Assembly: GCA_032718475.1 (NCBI GenBank)
Contig: JAUCBJ010006769.1
Coordinates: 47,901 to 111,900 of the forward strand
Length of the DNA stretch: 64,000 nucleotides
Origin: Nemertoderma westbladi
Taxonomy: Eukaryota > Animalia > Xenacoelomorpha
Direction: 5' to 3'
The notes beneath the pieces are model-generated. The model did no database searches. It saw nothing but the letters and a program-made list of their open reading frames with translations, and was not told where the DNA came from. Below are positions 20,925-30,600 of the stretch, piece after piece; the first letter of the stretch is position 1, and each line of letters starts with the position of its first letter. A program made the translations under genes and the position numbers.

Positions 20925-21977
20925 TCAATAGCGTCGTCCTGCGCGGGCATTTACTGAACGAGAGTTTTTTATCATAGGTCTTCGAAAATTAGTAAAAGCT
21001 GGTTGATTTACTTTACTTTCATCTTCCTCGTTACCCAACTGTTTCTTAATTTTATTCAATTGTTCATTAATTTTCAGTAATTTACTTTTATTTCCCAGAA
21101 CCTGTCTTAATATCTCTTCTCTATTTTCCTCATTTTCTTCCATTTGTTTAATAAATTTCCGCATTTGATTTTTGTTTCCTAATATTTGTCTCAATATCTC
21201 TTCTTTATTTTCATCATTCTCTTCTAAATGTTTAATAAATTTCTGTAATTTAATTTTACTTCCTAGAACTTGGGTCAATGTCGCCTCTTTATTTTCTTCA
21301 TTTTCCTTCAAATGTTTAATAATTTTCCGCAATTGATTCTTATTTCCAAGTAATTGCCTCTTTATTTCCTCATTATCATCATTTTCATCCTCTTCTCCAC
21401 TTTCCTGATCTTCACTTTCTTCACCCTCTTTCTGACCTTCACTTTCTTCATCCTCTTCCCCGCCTTCACTTTCTTCATCCTCTTCCTGTTCTTCACTTTC
21501 TTCATCCTCTTCCTGTTCTTCACTTTCTTCATTCTCTTCCTGACCTTCGCTATCTTCACCCTCTTCTTGACCTTCACTTTCTTCATCATCATCCTGATCT
21601 TCACTTTCTTCGTTCTCAACCTCACTCTCTTCAACTTCATCCTGACCCTCACTATTTTCATTCTCCATCTCATCATCCTCTTCTTCTCCATCTTTCTCAC
21701 TCAAATTTTCCTCATTTTCTAGGGGTAACTGTTTTTGTATCCCTTTCAAAATATTCATAACTTTATGAAATTTACTTTCCATTGTCTGTTTTATATTTAA
21801 TATATCACGCTCATCTCTCTTTTTCTTTTCATCTTCACTAAAAATATCTTCGGATTTTTTAAATTTTTTTGGTAATGGAGCCATTAGTTTTTCCTTTCCA
21901 TGTGTTTCCATATGACGAGATAAATTGTCTTGTCTCATTTCTTTATTACAGACCAAACAAGTTTCATGTCTATGCAT
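20925..21977 (-). CDS. C2H2 zinc finger / acidic-tract / coiled-coil repeat protein, sole ORF of the Polinton-like element
   Basis: ATG-initiated, intronless, 350 aa. N-terminal CLVCNKEMRQDNLSRHMETH, basic NLS-like PKKFKK, long EEDEESE repeats, four (EE)ILRQxLGNKxxLxKxIKxLEEN repeats. Confidence 0.75.
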   Translation of the reverse strand: MHRHETCLVCNKEMRQDNLSRHMETHGKEKLMAPLPKKFKKSEDIFSEDEKKKRDERDILNIKQTMESKFHKVMNILKGIQKQLPLENEENLSEKDGEEEDDEMENENSEGQDEVEESEVENEESEDQDDDEESEGQEEGEDSEGQEENEESEEQEEDEESEEQEEDEESEGGEEDEESEGQKEGEESEDQESGEEDENDDNEEIKRQLLGNKNQLRKIIKHLKENEENKEATLTQVLGSKIKLQKFIKHLEENDENKEEILRQILGNKNQMRKFIKQMEENEENREEILRQVLGNKSKLLKINEQLNKIKKQLGNEEDESKVNQPAFTNFRRPMIKNSRSVNARAGRRY

Positions 21978-22114
21978 TATATAGCAATGTCAATTGAAAA
22001 TATTGAATTTTAGCTAAATGATTTTACAAAATTTTAAATAAATTAAACTTTTATGAAAATAAATAAAACTTTTTAATATAAAACTTAGAGAATGACTGGG
22101 AATGCGTTGAACGG

Positions 22115-22262
22115 GGGTTATTATAGAGGGAGGCTAGAATGGATTATCCAATCAGAGTGCGAGGGTGAGTTAGGCAGCCAATCAGGACTCGAGGGAGGAA
22201 AGTTAAACAGCCAATGAGAGAGCAGATGCGAGTACAGGGGTAAAGTGCCCGCCCATCCATGG
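22115..22262 (-). promoter_or_regulatory. Putative promoter of the zinc-finger ORF (three CCAAT boxes, GC box, TATA-like sequence)
   Basis: CCAATCAG/CCAATGAG at ~22148, ~22179 and ~22211, CCCGCCC at ~22248, and minus-strand CTATAATAA at ~22118-22126, upstream of the ATG at 21977. Confidence 0.4.
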
Positions 22263-22433
22263 TGAGATAACGTCACACTAACTCTCAAGGATAGTTATAC
22301 TCACCATTCAAATATCCCTCGCAAACCAGATTCCCCCCAGCATCTAACGTATTCCACTTCAATGCAAAATATATAGAGCTTTAGTTGGATTTGAACCTGT
22401 GCTTGTAAACTTTTTTGTGCTCGTATATTGAAG

Positions 22434-23322
22434 TGAGGCATAGACTATGCCTCACTGAGGCATAGTCTATGCCTCAGTGCCTTAGTGAGGCATAGTCTAT
22501 GCCTCAATGAGTCATAGTCTATGCCTCAGTGCCTCAGTGAGGCATAGTCTATGCCTCAGTGAGTCATAGTCTATGCCTCAGTGCCTCAGTGAGGCATAGT
22601 CTATGCCTCAGTGAGGCATAGTCTATGCCTCAGTGAGGCATAGTCTATGCCTCAGTGAGGCATAGTCTATGCCTCAGTGAGGCATAGTCTATGCCTCAGT
22701 GAGGCATAGTCTATGCCTCAGTGAGTCATAGTCTATGCCTCAGTGCCTCAGTGAGGCATAGTCTATGCCTCAGTGAGGCATAGTCTATGCCTCAGTGAGT
22801 CATAGTCTATGCCTCAGTGAGGCTCATAGTCTATGCCTCAGTGCCCCAGTGAGGCATAGTCTATGCCTCAGTGAGGCATAGTCTATGCCTCAGTGAGGCA
22901 TAGTCTATGCCTCAGTGAGGCATAGTCTATGCCTCAGTGCCTCAGTGAGGCCTAGTCTATGCCTCAGTGAGGCCTAGTCTATGCCTCAGTGAGGCATAGT
23001 CTATGCCTCAGTGAGTCATAGTCTATGCCTCAGTGAGGCAGTGAGGCATAGTCTATGCCTCAGTGAGGCATAGTCTATGCCTCAGTGAGTCATAGTCTAT
23101 GCCTCAGTGAGTCATAGTCTATGCCTCAGTGCCTCAGTGAGACCTAGTCTATGCCTCAGTGAGGCCTAGTCTATGCCTCAGTGAGGCATAGTCTATGCCT
23201 CAGTGAGGCATAGTCTATGCCTCAGTGCCTCAGTGAGGCATAGTCTATGCCTCAGTGCCTCAATGAGGCATAGTCTATGCCTCAGTGAGTCATAGTCTAT
23301 GCCTCGGTGAGGCATAGTCTGT
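22434..23322 (-). repeat. Inverted copy of the 22-bp palindromic array
   Basis: (CAGTGAGGCATAGTCTATGCCT)n. Confidence 0.97.
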
Positions 23323-23383
23323 GTCAAGTCTTAAATGAGAGTCTTACAAATTCGAACGTCAACGAACAAATTCGAAGGTTACT

Positions 23384-23467
23384 GTTCCACCTTGGTGTAG
23401 TGGTTGCGTAGAATTCACATCTCTCGTATGTCATGGGTTCGACCCCTGCATGAACCAGGGCAGTTTT
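23384..23467 (+). ncRNA. tRNA-like A/B-box sequence in the right Polinton arm
   Basis: TGGTGTAGTGG ... GGGTTCGACCCC ... TTTT. Confidence 0.5.
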
Positions 23468-24840
23468 CGTTCGGTCAGCAATAGGTCTAACGTTGCAAAA
23501 TGCAGTATTATTGCCTAGTAACCAATTCATGGCTACCGTATGGTTTTCACTTTGAGACATTAAGCCCTCTAGCGGCAGACTGGGGAACTTCATACTACTC
23601 TGTGACTCTGCAAAAGATATAGCCTATGCCATAGTAGATGCCGATTGGGGGGTCAAATTAAGTAATAATATATCTAAATAAGCCTCAAACATCTTGCCTC
23701 ATGGCTCGCCCCTTAGAACTCTTAAGCAATATAACTTCATAGTTTTTAAGGAAAACTGGTAAATGAGATGTGTTAATTACGCATACCTCGCAGTCTTAAG
23801 TAATTAATTATACAGTGGGTTAGATCGTTTTGAGAATAGGACCATTGGAAAGAGCGCCCTCGATAACCTCAGTACAAAGAAAATTAATACGGATTAACCG
23901 GATATAGCTTGTTATTATAAAACATAAATTACAGTAGAACAATTAGGGTTGTAAATAAAAACAAATTAAATTGAAGATAAACTGTATATATAAACTTATG
24001 TATTAAAAGAGGGCCCTATTTAATTATACAGTATACTGAAAATGGTTAGCGATACCATAATTAGATTATCGATAGGGATGCGGCTTCCTTAAATGAGGCA
24101 ATCCTGACGCAGCACAAAGAATTTTAAGAGGGGCCCCGATAAATTGCTCATTCATGCGTAACTGGTAACCTAGGCGATAGCTTGTCTTAAGTTTAGGCCC
24201 TTTGCTAACATTAACTCCAAAATAGTTACCAGTAGGGGAGCTGTATACCCTAGGGCTAAATAAGGCTGCAAGTCTATGGTTAGATGCTTCCAATAATGAT
24301 CTCATTTAGTAGCGGTAAGTAATATAAAAACTAATTAATCTAAAAATAGAAATCAATGTATAAAATAAAAGTAATACAATTAATTAATTTAAAATAAAGT
24401 ACAAATGAATAATTAATTTAAATAAATACGAATAAAATAAATGTCAAATAATTAATTAAAATTATAAATAAATAAGTATTAATGAATAAAAGAGCTGCGG
24501 TGTCACTTATGACACCCTCTTGAGCCGGCTCTGCGACAGTTGGACAACACTGATGACCCATTGTGTGTCAGGGCGCTAATCAGTCTGATTAATTAGGATA
24601 ATCAATTAAACCCTAATTAGGAGTCATATGACACCTGTTAGGGTTTAATTGTACTAATTAATTGATGACACCTGTCAATTAGGGTCTAATTAGCCTAATT
24701 GGGAGGTGTCACCCAGACAGTCTGGCGCCAATGACACCCAATGACACCCATAGGGTGATAATTGGGTGTCATATGACACCCAATGGGTGTCAGTGAGGTC
24801 CAAGTGTCACAGAGCCGGCCAAGACCCTACTACTGACGCC

Positions 24841-27800
24841 CTTGGTCCTGGATTAAGGACCCATATACTTGGCTGCAGGGGTATATCAGGCCTGGCCAGG
24901 CAGATGGTGATCTACCAATTGCTGGTCAGGAGTAGAGTGTTCTCATGTCCACTCTGATTGCACTTCACTGCGACCTGCACCTGGCAGCAAGGGTACAGGA
25001 CATTACCCAGCAGGTGAGCTGCACAGCCAATGGTGGGTCATGTGCGCCAGATTAGATATGGGTGATGGGCCTCATATCTGACTCCACTGCGACACCCACC
25101 CTGTGGAATGGCAAACCAGGGTGTGGTATTTGCCCCGAGAGCTGACTCGGCAAAAAGCACCCCCCAACCCCCACTATGGATTACATTAGCAATGCGGAGG
25201 TCCGGCCACTAGAGGCCAGTGGAACTACCGGACACAATCGGCCCCACAGGCGTCAGTTATCTCCTGACCGGCTGACCGGCTGCCTGTCTCACTGCCTACT
25301 GGAGAGAGAGCGGCCAACAATTCTTTGAGTCCCTTTCCTGATGACCTTTCTGGCCCAAACCCTGGGTCATCAGGGAGGCCAGATTGTGAGGGGGAGAGGG
25401 ATTCTGGAGTTGGAGGCTACTCTCATGTTCCACCCCGACCAACAAAGCCATTGGTGAATCTGAGGCAAGTCACTAGACTAGCCTCTGTAAACACCCTAAC
25501 ACTCGGGTCCCGACATGCGACAAGGTGAGCTGACTGCCTTGGCAGATAAGCTTTCTCTTAGCGCAGTGGGTGTTCAAGAGCACCGAATGCAGACTGGACA
25601 GACTAATGAGGTTCTGATTAAGGACATGGGGGGCGGTTGGCGACTCGCCCTCGCGTCAGCAGATGATAGTGGCAATGGTGGTATTGGTCTATTGGTAAAT
25701 CCAACTGCACATGCAGCATTGGACAAAATATACCAAATCTCTAACCGCATCATCCGTTGCCACTTCCCATGTTCTGGAAGACTGGCTAAGAAATTTCCTA
25801 AGGTGGTTCTGATTGTGTGCTACTCTCCAACTAGAGTTGCCCCTGTTGAGGAGGTGGAAAATTTCTACCACAATCTACTGTACAAGCAGCTACATCGGAT
25901 CAGCATGCATTCTTAACATTCCTGGGAGACTTTAATGCAAGTCTGCATCAATCACCTACATCGCCCTGGGTCTATAGCAATAGTGTTAACCGAAATTCCG
26001 TCCATCTTCAGGATTTTATCTCTGGAAATGGATTGTTTTCGGCTGGAACCCAGTTCAAGAAGCGAACTGGAAAGCTATGGACTCATAGTGGACCCAGTGG
26101 TCACAAGTCCCAGATAGACCATATTCTGTATACTGGTCCTCTCTGTTGCAACAGCCAAGTGTGAGATCCAGCTTCACACTACAGCTGAGCAACAGGTATG
26201 AGGTTCTTGCCTCAGAGGCGGGACTGTGAGGGCTATACTGCCTTAACAGAAGCAGTTAAGTTAGCAGCTGCAGAAACAGTTCCTGTATACCCTCGAAACA
26301 GGAAATGGGCCCCCTGGACTGACAACCTAATTCAGAAGTGCCGAAATAACCTAGTCCCGACTCAAACAGACTACAGCGGCCAAGAATGCAGTTAAGGCTG
26401 CATCTAGGCCCCTGAACAGGCAGTACTATGTTAATCTACAGGAGCTAATAAACCCACAGGTTGATGCCATCAATGACGCTGACGACAGCAGGCAATTATC
26501 CCAGGCATGGAAATCGATCAACTTGCTTACTGGTCGGAAAAGCCAACCAACCACCAAGGTTAAGGCTGAATCACCAGCCGATCGCCTCAATGGTTGGAAG
26601 GCCCACTTTGAAAAGCTCCTCAATATTGACAGGGTATTGCCTGATAACTTTATAGAAGTAAAAGTGTCTGAGTCTGTACTCCCAGATATTCCCATTGGCG
26701 ATATCTCCTTTGCAGAAGTGAAGGCTGCTGCAAAGAGCATTAAGACCAATCGTGCCAGTGGAGTAGATGGTGTTCCCCCTGAGCTCTTTAAAATACCTGA
26801 GTGTTTAAAGCTCATCTATCCCATCATAGTAGACATGTACAGAACAACAAGAGTCCCACAAGAAATGAAAACAAATAAGTAGGTGCCAGTTCCCAAGAAG
26901 GGCAACCTAACACTCTATGGTTCCTTCGCGGAATCTCATTGATCTCGATTGCTGCAAAGCTATACAATAGAATTCTATTAAATCGCATCAGGGATCCCAT
27001 TGAGAGGCAATTCGGTCCCGGACAATTCGGTCCCATTAATTTTGTGTTTTGGGACCGAATTGTCCGGGACCGAATTGTCCGGATACTGACTAGGACAATT
27101 CGGTCCCAAAACATGCATATTAATGGGACCGAATTGTCCGGGACCGAATTGTCCGGGACCGAATTGTCCGGGACCGAATTTTCCGGGACTGAATTGTCCG
27201 GGACCCAATTGTCCGGGACCCAATTGTCCGGGACCGAATTGTCCGGGACGAATTGTCCGGGACGATTGTCCGGGACCGAATTGTCCGGGATCGAATTGTC
27301 CGGGACCAAATTTAATTGGTACTACTGTACTATATAATGGTGAATGTTCTAGAACCTTAAAAGATATTATTATATGGTAGCTAGTGTTTTTTTTTACTAG
27401 CTAGTATTTTTTTGAAATAAAAAAATTTTACTTTTTTTTGTTAACATTATTAGTTATGGTAGCTATTATGGTGTTTTTATGGAGCTTGTGAATTATTTAC
27501 TAGCTAGTAATAGTATGTATTTAAAATGTGTAAAACTGATTTTTTTTATATATTGCGTACGTATACTGTATGTGTTGTTGGTTGGTTAACAAGCCTAAAT
27601 TATTATCTTAGATAATAGCTGGATCTCATTCAGGGACTGTTATAATATCATCAATATTTTTGGTAATTAATATAATCAGCAACAGTTTAGGCCTAATTCT
27701 GAAATATCAATGTTTTCACAAGTTTTTTTATAATTTCAAGGAAATGCTAGCTAGTAAAAAAAAACACTAGCTACACCTTAATAAATAATATATAATAATG

Positions 27801-29440
27801 TTCTCGAACAGTTACCAATAACAAAAATAAAAAAAAGTATAGTATTTTTAAAATTTCAAAACATTCTAGCTAGTAAATAACACTAGCTACCGTAAAAAAA
27901 TATCTCTACTAATGTTCTAGAACATTCACCAATATCAAAAAAGCACTAAAAAGCTGCTATCAGGAACCGGACAATTCGGTCCCGGACAATTCGGTCCTAG
28001 GACAATTCGGTCCTAGGACAATTCGGTCCTAGGACAATTCGGTCCAAGGACAATTTGGTCCCAGACAATTCGGTCCCATTTATTTAGTGTTTTGGGACCG
28101 AATTGTCCGGGACCGAATTGTCCGGGACCGAATTGTCCGGACCGAATTGTCCGAGACCGAATTGACCGGGACCGAATTGTCCTACATCCCATTGAGAGAC
28201 TGCTCCGTGGAAATCAGAATGGGTTCCGTAAAGGTCGTGGGACCATGGAGCCCATTTTGGCACTTAGAAGGATAATTGAAGAGTTATCAAAAAAGAAAGA
28301 CAGGCATATGGCTGTTATCTTTGTTGACTTCTTCAAGGCCTTTGATTCAGTCTCTCTCTCACGTATGTTCAGCATACTTTCATTATATGGGATTCCTGAT
28401 GAAATTATTGTAGCAATCAGATCAGCATACGATGGTTCGACAACATTTGTATCTACTGTTAACGGTGACACAGAACCATTTGAAGTGTTATGGGGCGTCC
28501 TCCAGGGAGACACACTTGCACCATTCTTGTTCATAATTGTGGTTGACTATGTTCTACGCATGTCCTTAGATCATTATAATGATGATGGGGTGATGATAAC
28601 TCCACCTACTGGCTCCAGAAGTCGTGGAAATCCTGCCAAGTACCCAACTGATCTAGACTTTTCTGATGGCTTAGGAGTACTCTCAGAATCACTAGAGGGA
28701 GCCCAACGGCTCCTCGGCTCATTAGAACATGCTGCTTCTAGTGTTGGTCTTTTTATTAACTCAAGAAAGACCAAAATTTTGACAGTTAACTTTGAAAGTC
28801 CTCAGCAAGTCTCTGATCGGATGAGCATAAGCTCAAAGGATGGTATTCTTGAGCATGTGGACGACTTCTGTTACCTGGGATCATGGATCTGGAAGTCAGT
28901 AGAGGACCTTCGAATACGTAAGGGAAAGGCATGGACAGCCTTGAATAGGCTTGCAAGGATTTGGAAGTCACCGAGAATTAATCGGAAACTGAAGGTCCGA
29001 TTATTTAGAGCAGCAGTAGTTCCAGTACTCGTCTATGGGAGTCCATGCTGCGCTCTAACTGCTGAGGACACCAAATCTCTGGATGGAACATTCACAAGAA
29101 TGCTACGCCGGGTTCATTGTGTCAAGTACAATGCACACATCTCTAACCAGACACTATATAACATTGGAGGTGTCTCATTGGTTCCCCCAAGCTTGACACT
29201 AGAACAAAATCGCCTCCGCTTTGCAGGACATTGCTTTCGCCGTGAGGACCAGCCAGTGCATAATCTTGTACTTTGGAAGCCTCATGGAGTGAATAAGCAT
29301 GGTGGACATCCCATGACTTTCTTGAGACGCATCTTAAAGGATACTGGTCTCGTTGTTATCAGAAAATGACACTGACTATATATTACGAGGGGCTATATAA
29401 TTGGAATGCCAGAAACGCATCGTTTAATCTGAACCAACAA
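24841..29440 (+). mobile_element. Decayed RTE-type non-LTR retrotransposon (APE endonuclease plus RT), frameshifted and interrupted
   Basis: APE motifs AVGVQEHR, GGIGLLV, IVCYSPT, LGDFNA and QIDHIL (25480-26130). RT motifs ASGVDGVP, RGISLISIAAKLYNRILLNRI, NQNGFRKGRGT, FVDFFKAFDSV and GVLQGDTLAPFLF, with degenerate DFSDG in place of YADD. C-terminal RLRFAGHCFR. Several stops and frameshifts. Ends approximate. Confidence 0.88.
27007..28185. mobile_element. Non-autonomous DNA-transposon-like insertion with 15-bp subterminal tandem repeats (GGACCGAATTGTCCG)
   Basis: Flanked by duplicated ATCCCATTGAGAG (26994-27006, 28186-28198). Removal restores RT ...RIRDPIER|LLRGNQNGF.... Repeat blocks in both orientations at 27007-27310 and 27969-28185 surround an AT-rich core. 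Confidence 0.85.
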
Positions 29441-29544
29441 CCCACTGTGTAGGTTAAATTGGAACAAGAAGTGAATTGTTGTGGGGTGAGAGACGGTGAA
29501 TTAGTACTGTATATAGTGTAATGGGACAATATGATAATGCTAGA

Positions 29545-30090
29545 TATATAGATTTATTTATACATTATGTAAAAACAATAACAAATACACCAAACAATGT
29601 CCCGGTATAAAGTTATTGTCCAACATAACATATAGGATTACCCCTAAAGCTTTGCAGCTTATTTCCAAGGGGGTCCTTTATGTTACTTGTACTTGTACAT
29701 GTACATGTACAACTTTACCGAGAGCATGACTAATACATTGTACACTAATACACTAATACATTATGACATAATAAACTAATAACTTACTGTAAGCCTATTG
29801 TACCTATTTATACATTGCACACGGAGGTGAGATTTAACTGCAGATTTAAAAGAATGTTGATAATTTAGGTTTTTAATTTCATTAGGCAGAGCGTTCCAAT
29901 TTTTAATGCCGTTAAAAAAGAAAGTATCAGATTCAAAGGATTTACAATTCGGGAGGTAGAAGTTTGAAGCACTAGCTCTGGTACTGTAAGAGTGTGTATC
30001 GCGTACTCTGTTGAATTTTTGTTTTAGGTAATTGGGACACTTACCATTGTACACTTTATGCACATGGTTAAGGCGTAGCTGCTTAACTCT
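29545..30090 (-). pseudogene. 5'-truncated CR1/L2-type LINE 3' end
   Basis: HKVYNGKCPNYL...HSYSTR...TFFFNGIKNWNALPNEIK...SFKSAVKSHL is the typical ORF2 C-terminus. The 3' UTR ends AATAAATCTATATATC on the minus strand. Confidence 0.8.
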
Positions 30091-30106
30091 GCGGGGTAGC
30101 TAACAA

Positions 30107-30600
30107 CGGCGGGGTAACTCAGTTGGTTGAGCGCCGGGCCTGCAATCTATTGGTTGTAGGTTCAGCCCCGCCTGGGTCCACTCAGACGCGTAGTTGTAAA
30201 TGAAAAAATGTAAAAGTGAATGCTCGCCATAGCGAAAAATATTTACCGACCATATTGGGGCTCGAACCCGGTACCTAGGTTTCAAACTTCCGGTTATCAT
30301 CAGCCGGGTGTGACCAGCCATTCCCGCTATTCCCGCCATACCAGCTATTCCCCTACTCTGCCAGTAATTGCACCCATGCCATGCCTCAAACGTTGTACTT
30401 TCCTCAGAGTGATTATGAATATCTAAATATGATATCCAACTCCATAGCGAATCCTTCACCCATCCTGGCAGCTCAGTTCAGCACACACACACACACACAC
30501 CTACACACCGGGCTGGCGGCTGAAGTTATACGGAAGTTTGAAACCTAGGAACCGGGTTCGAGCCGCAATAAGGTCGGTTGATATTTTTCGCTATGGAGAG
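30107..30600. repeat. Cluster of tRNA-derived SINE-like fragments including an inverted pair
   Basis: 30107-30180 has TAACTCAGTTGG...GGTTCAGCCCC. 30223-30312 is an imperfect reverse complement of 30505-30600 (GGGTTCGAGCC B box). Confidence 0.55.

Larger units (their letters stand above)
1413..24834. mobile_element. Non-autonomous Polinton/Maverick-like element with long terminal inverted repeats (about 6.9 kb after removing the nested LTR element)
   Basis: Begins AGTAGTAGGGTCTTGGCCGGCTCTG (1413) and ends with the exact reverse complement ...CAGAGCCGGCCAAGACCCTACTACT (24834). The left arm (1413-1600 plus 18106-~20345) is mirrored by ~22434-24834. 5'-AG...CT-3' ends made of short tandem repeats are typical of Polintons. 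No pPolB, integrase or capsid ORF, and no TSD seen. Confidence 0.7.
22434..24834 (-). repeat. Right inverted arm of the Polinton-like element (uninterrupted)
   Basis: Mirror of the left arm. Contains the empty LTR insertion site (reverse complement TAATTAGTACAATTAAACCC at ~24641-24660). Confidence 0.95.

Noticed and set aside
21354-21722. Phe-rich and Lys/Met-rich ORFs overlapping the zinc-finger gene
   Set aside because: Shadow frames of the GAA-rich acidic repeat.
26824-27380. ORFs with GTELS / PDNSV / GPNCP pentapeptide repeats
   Set aside because: Translations of the 15-bp DNA repeat of the inserted element.
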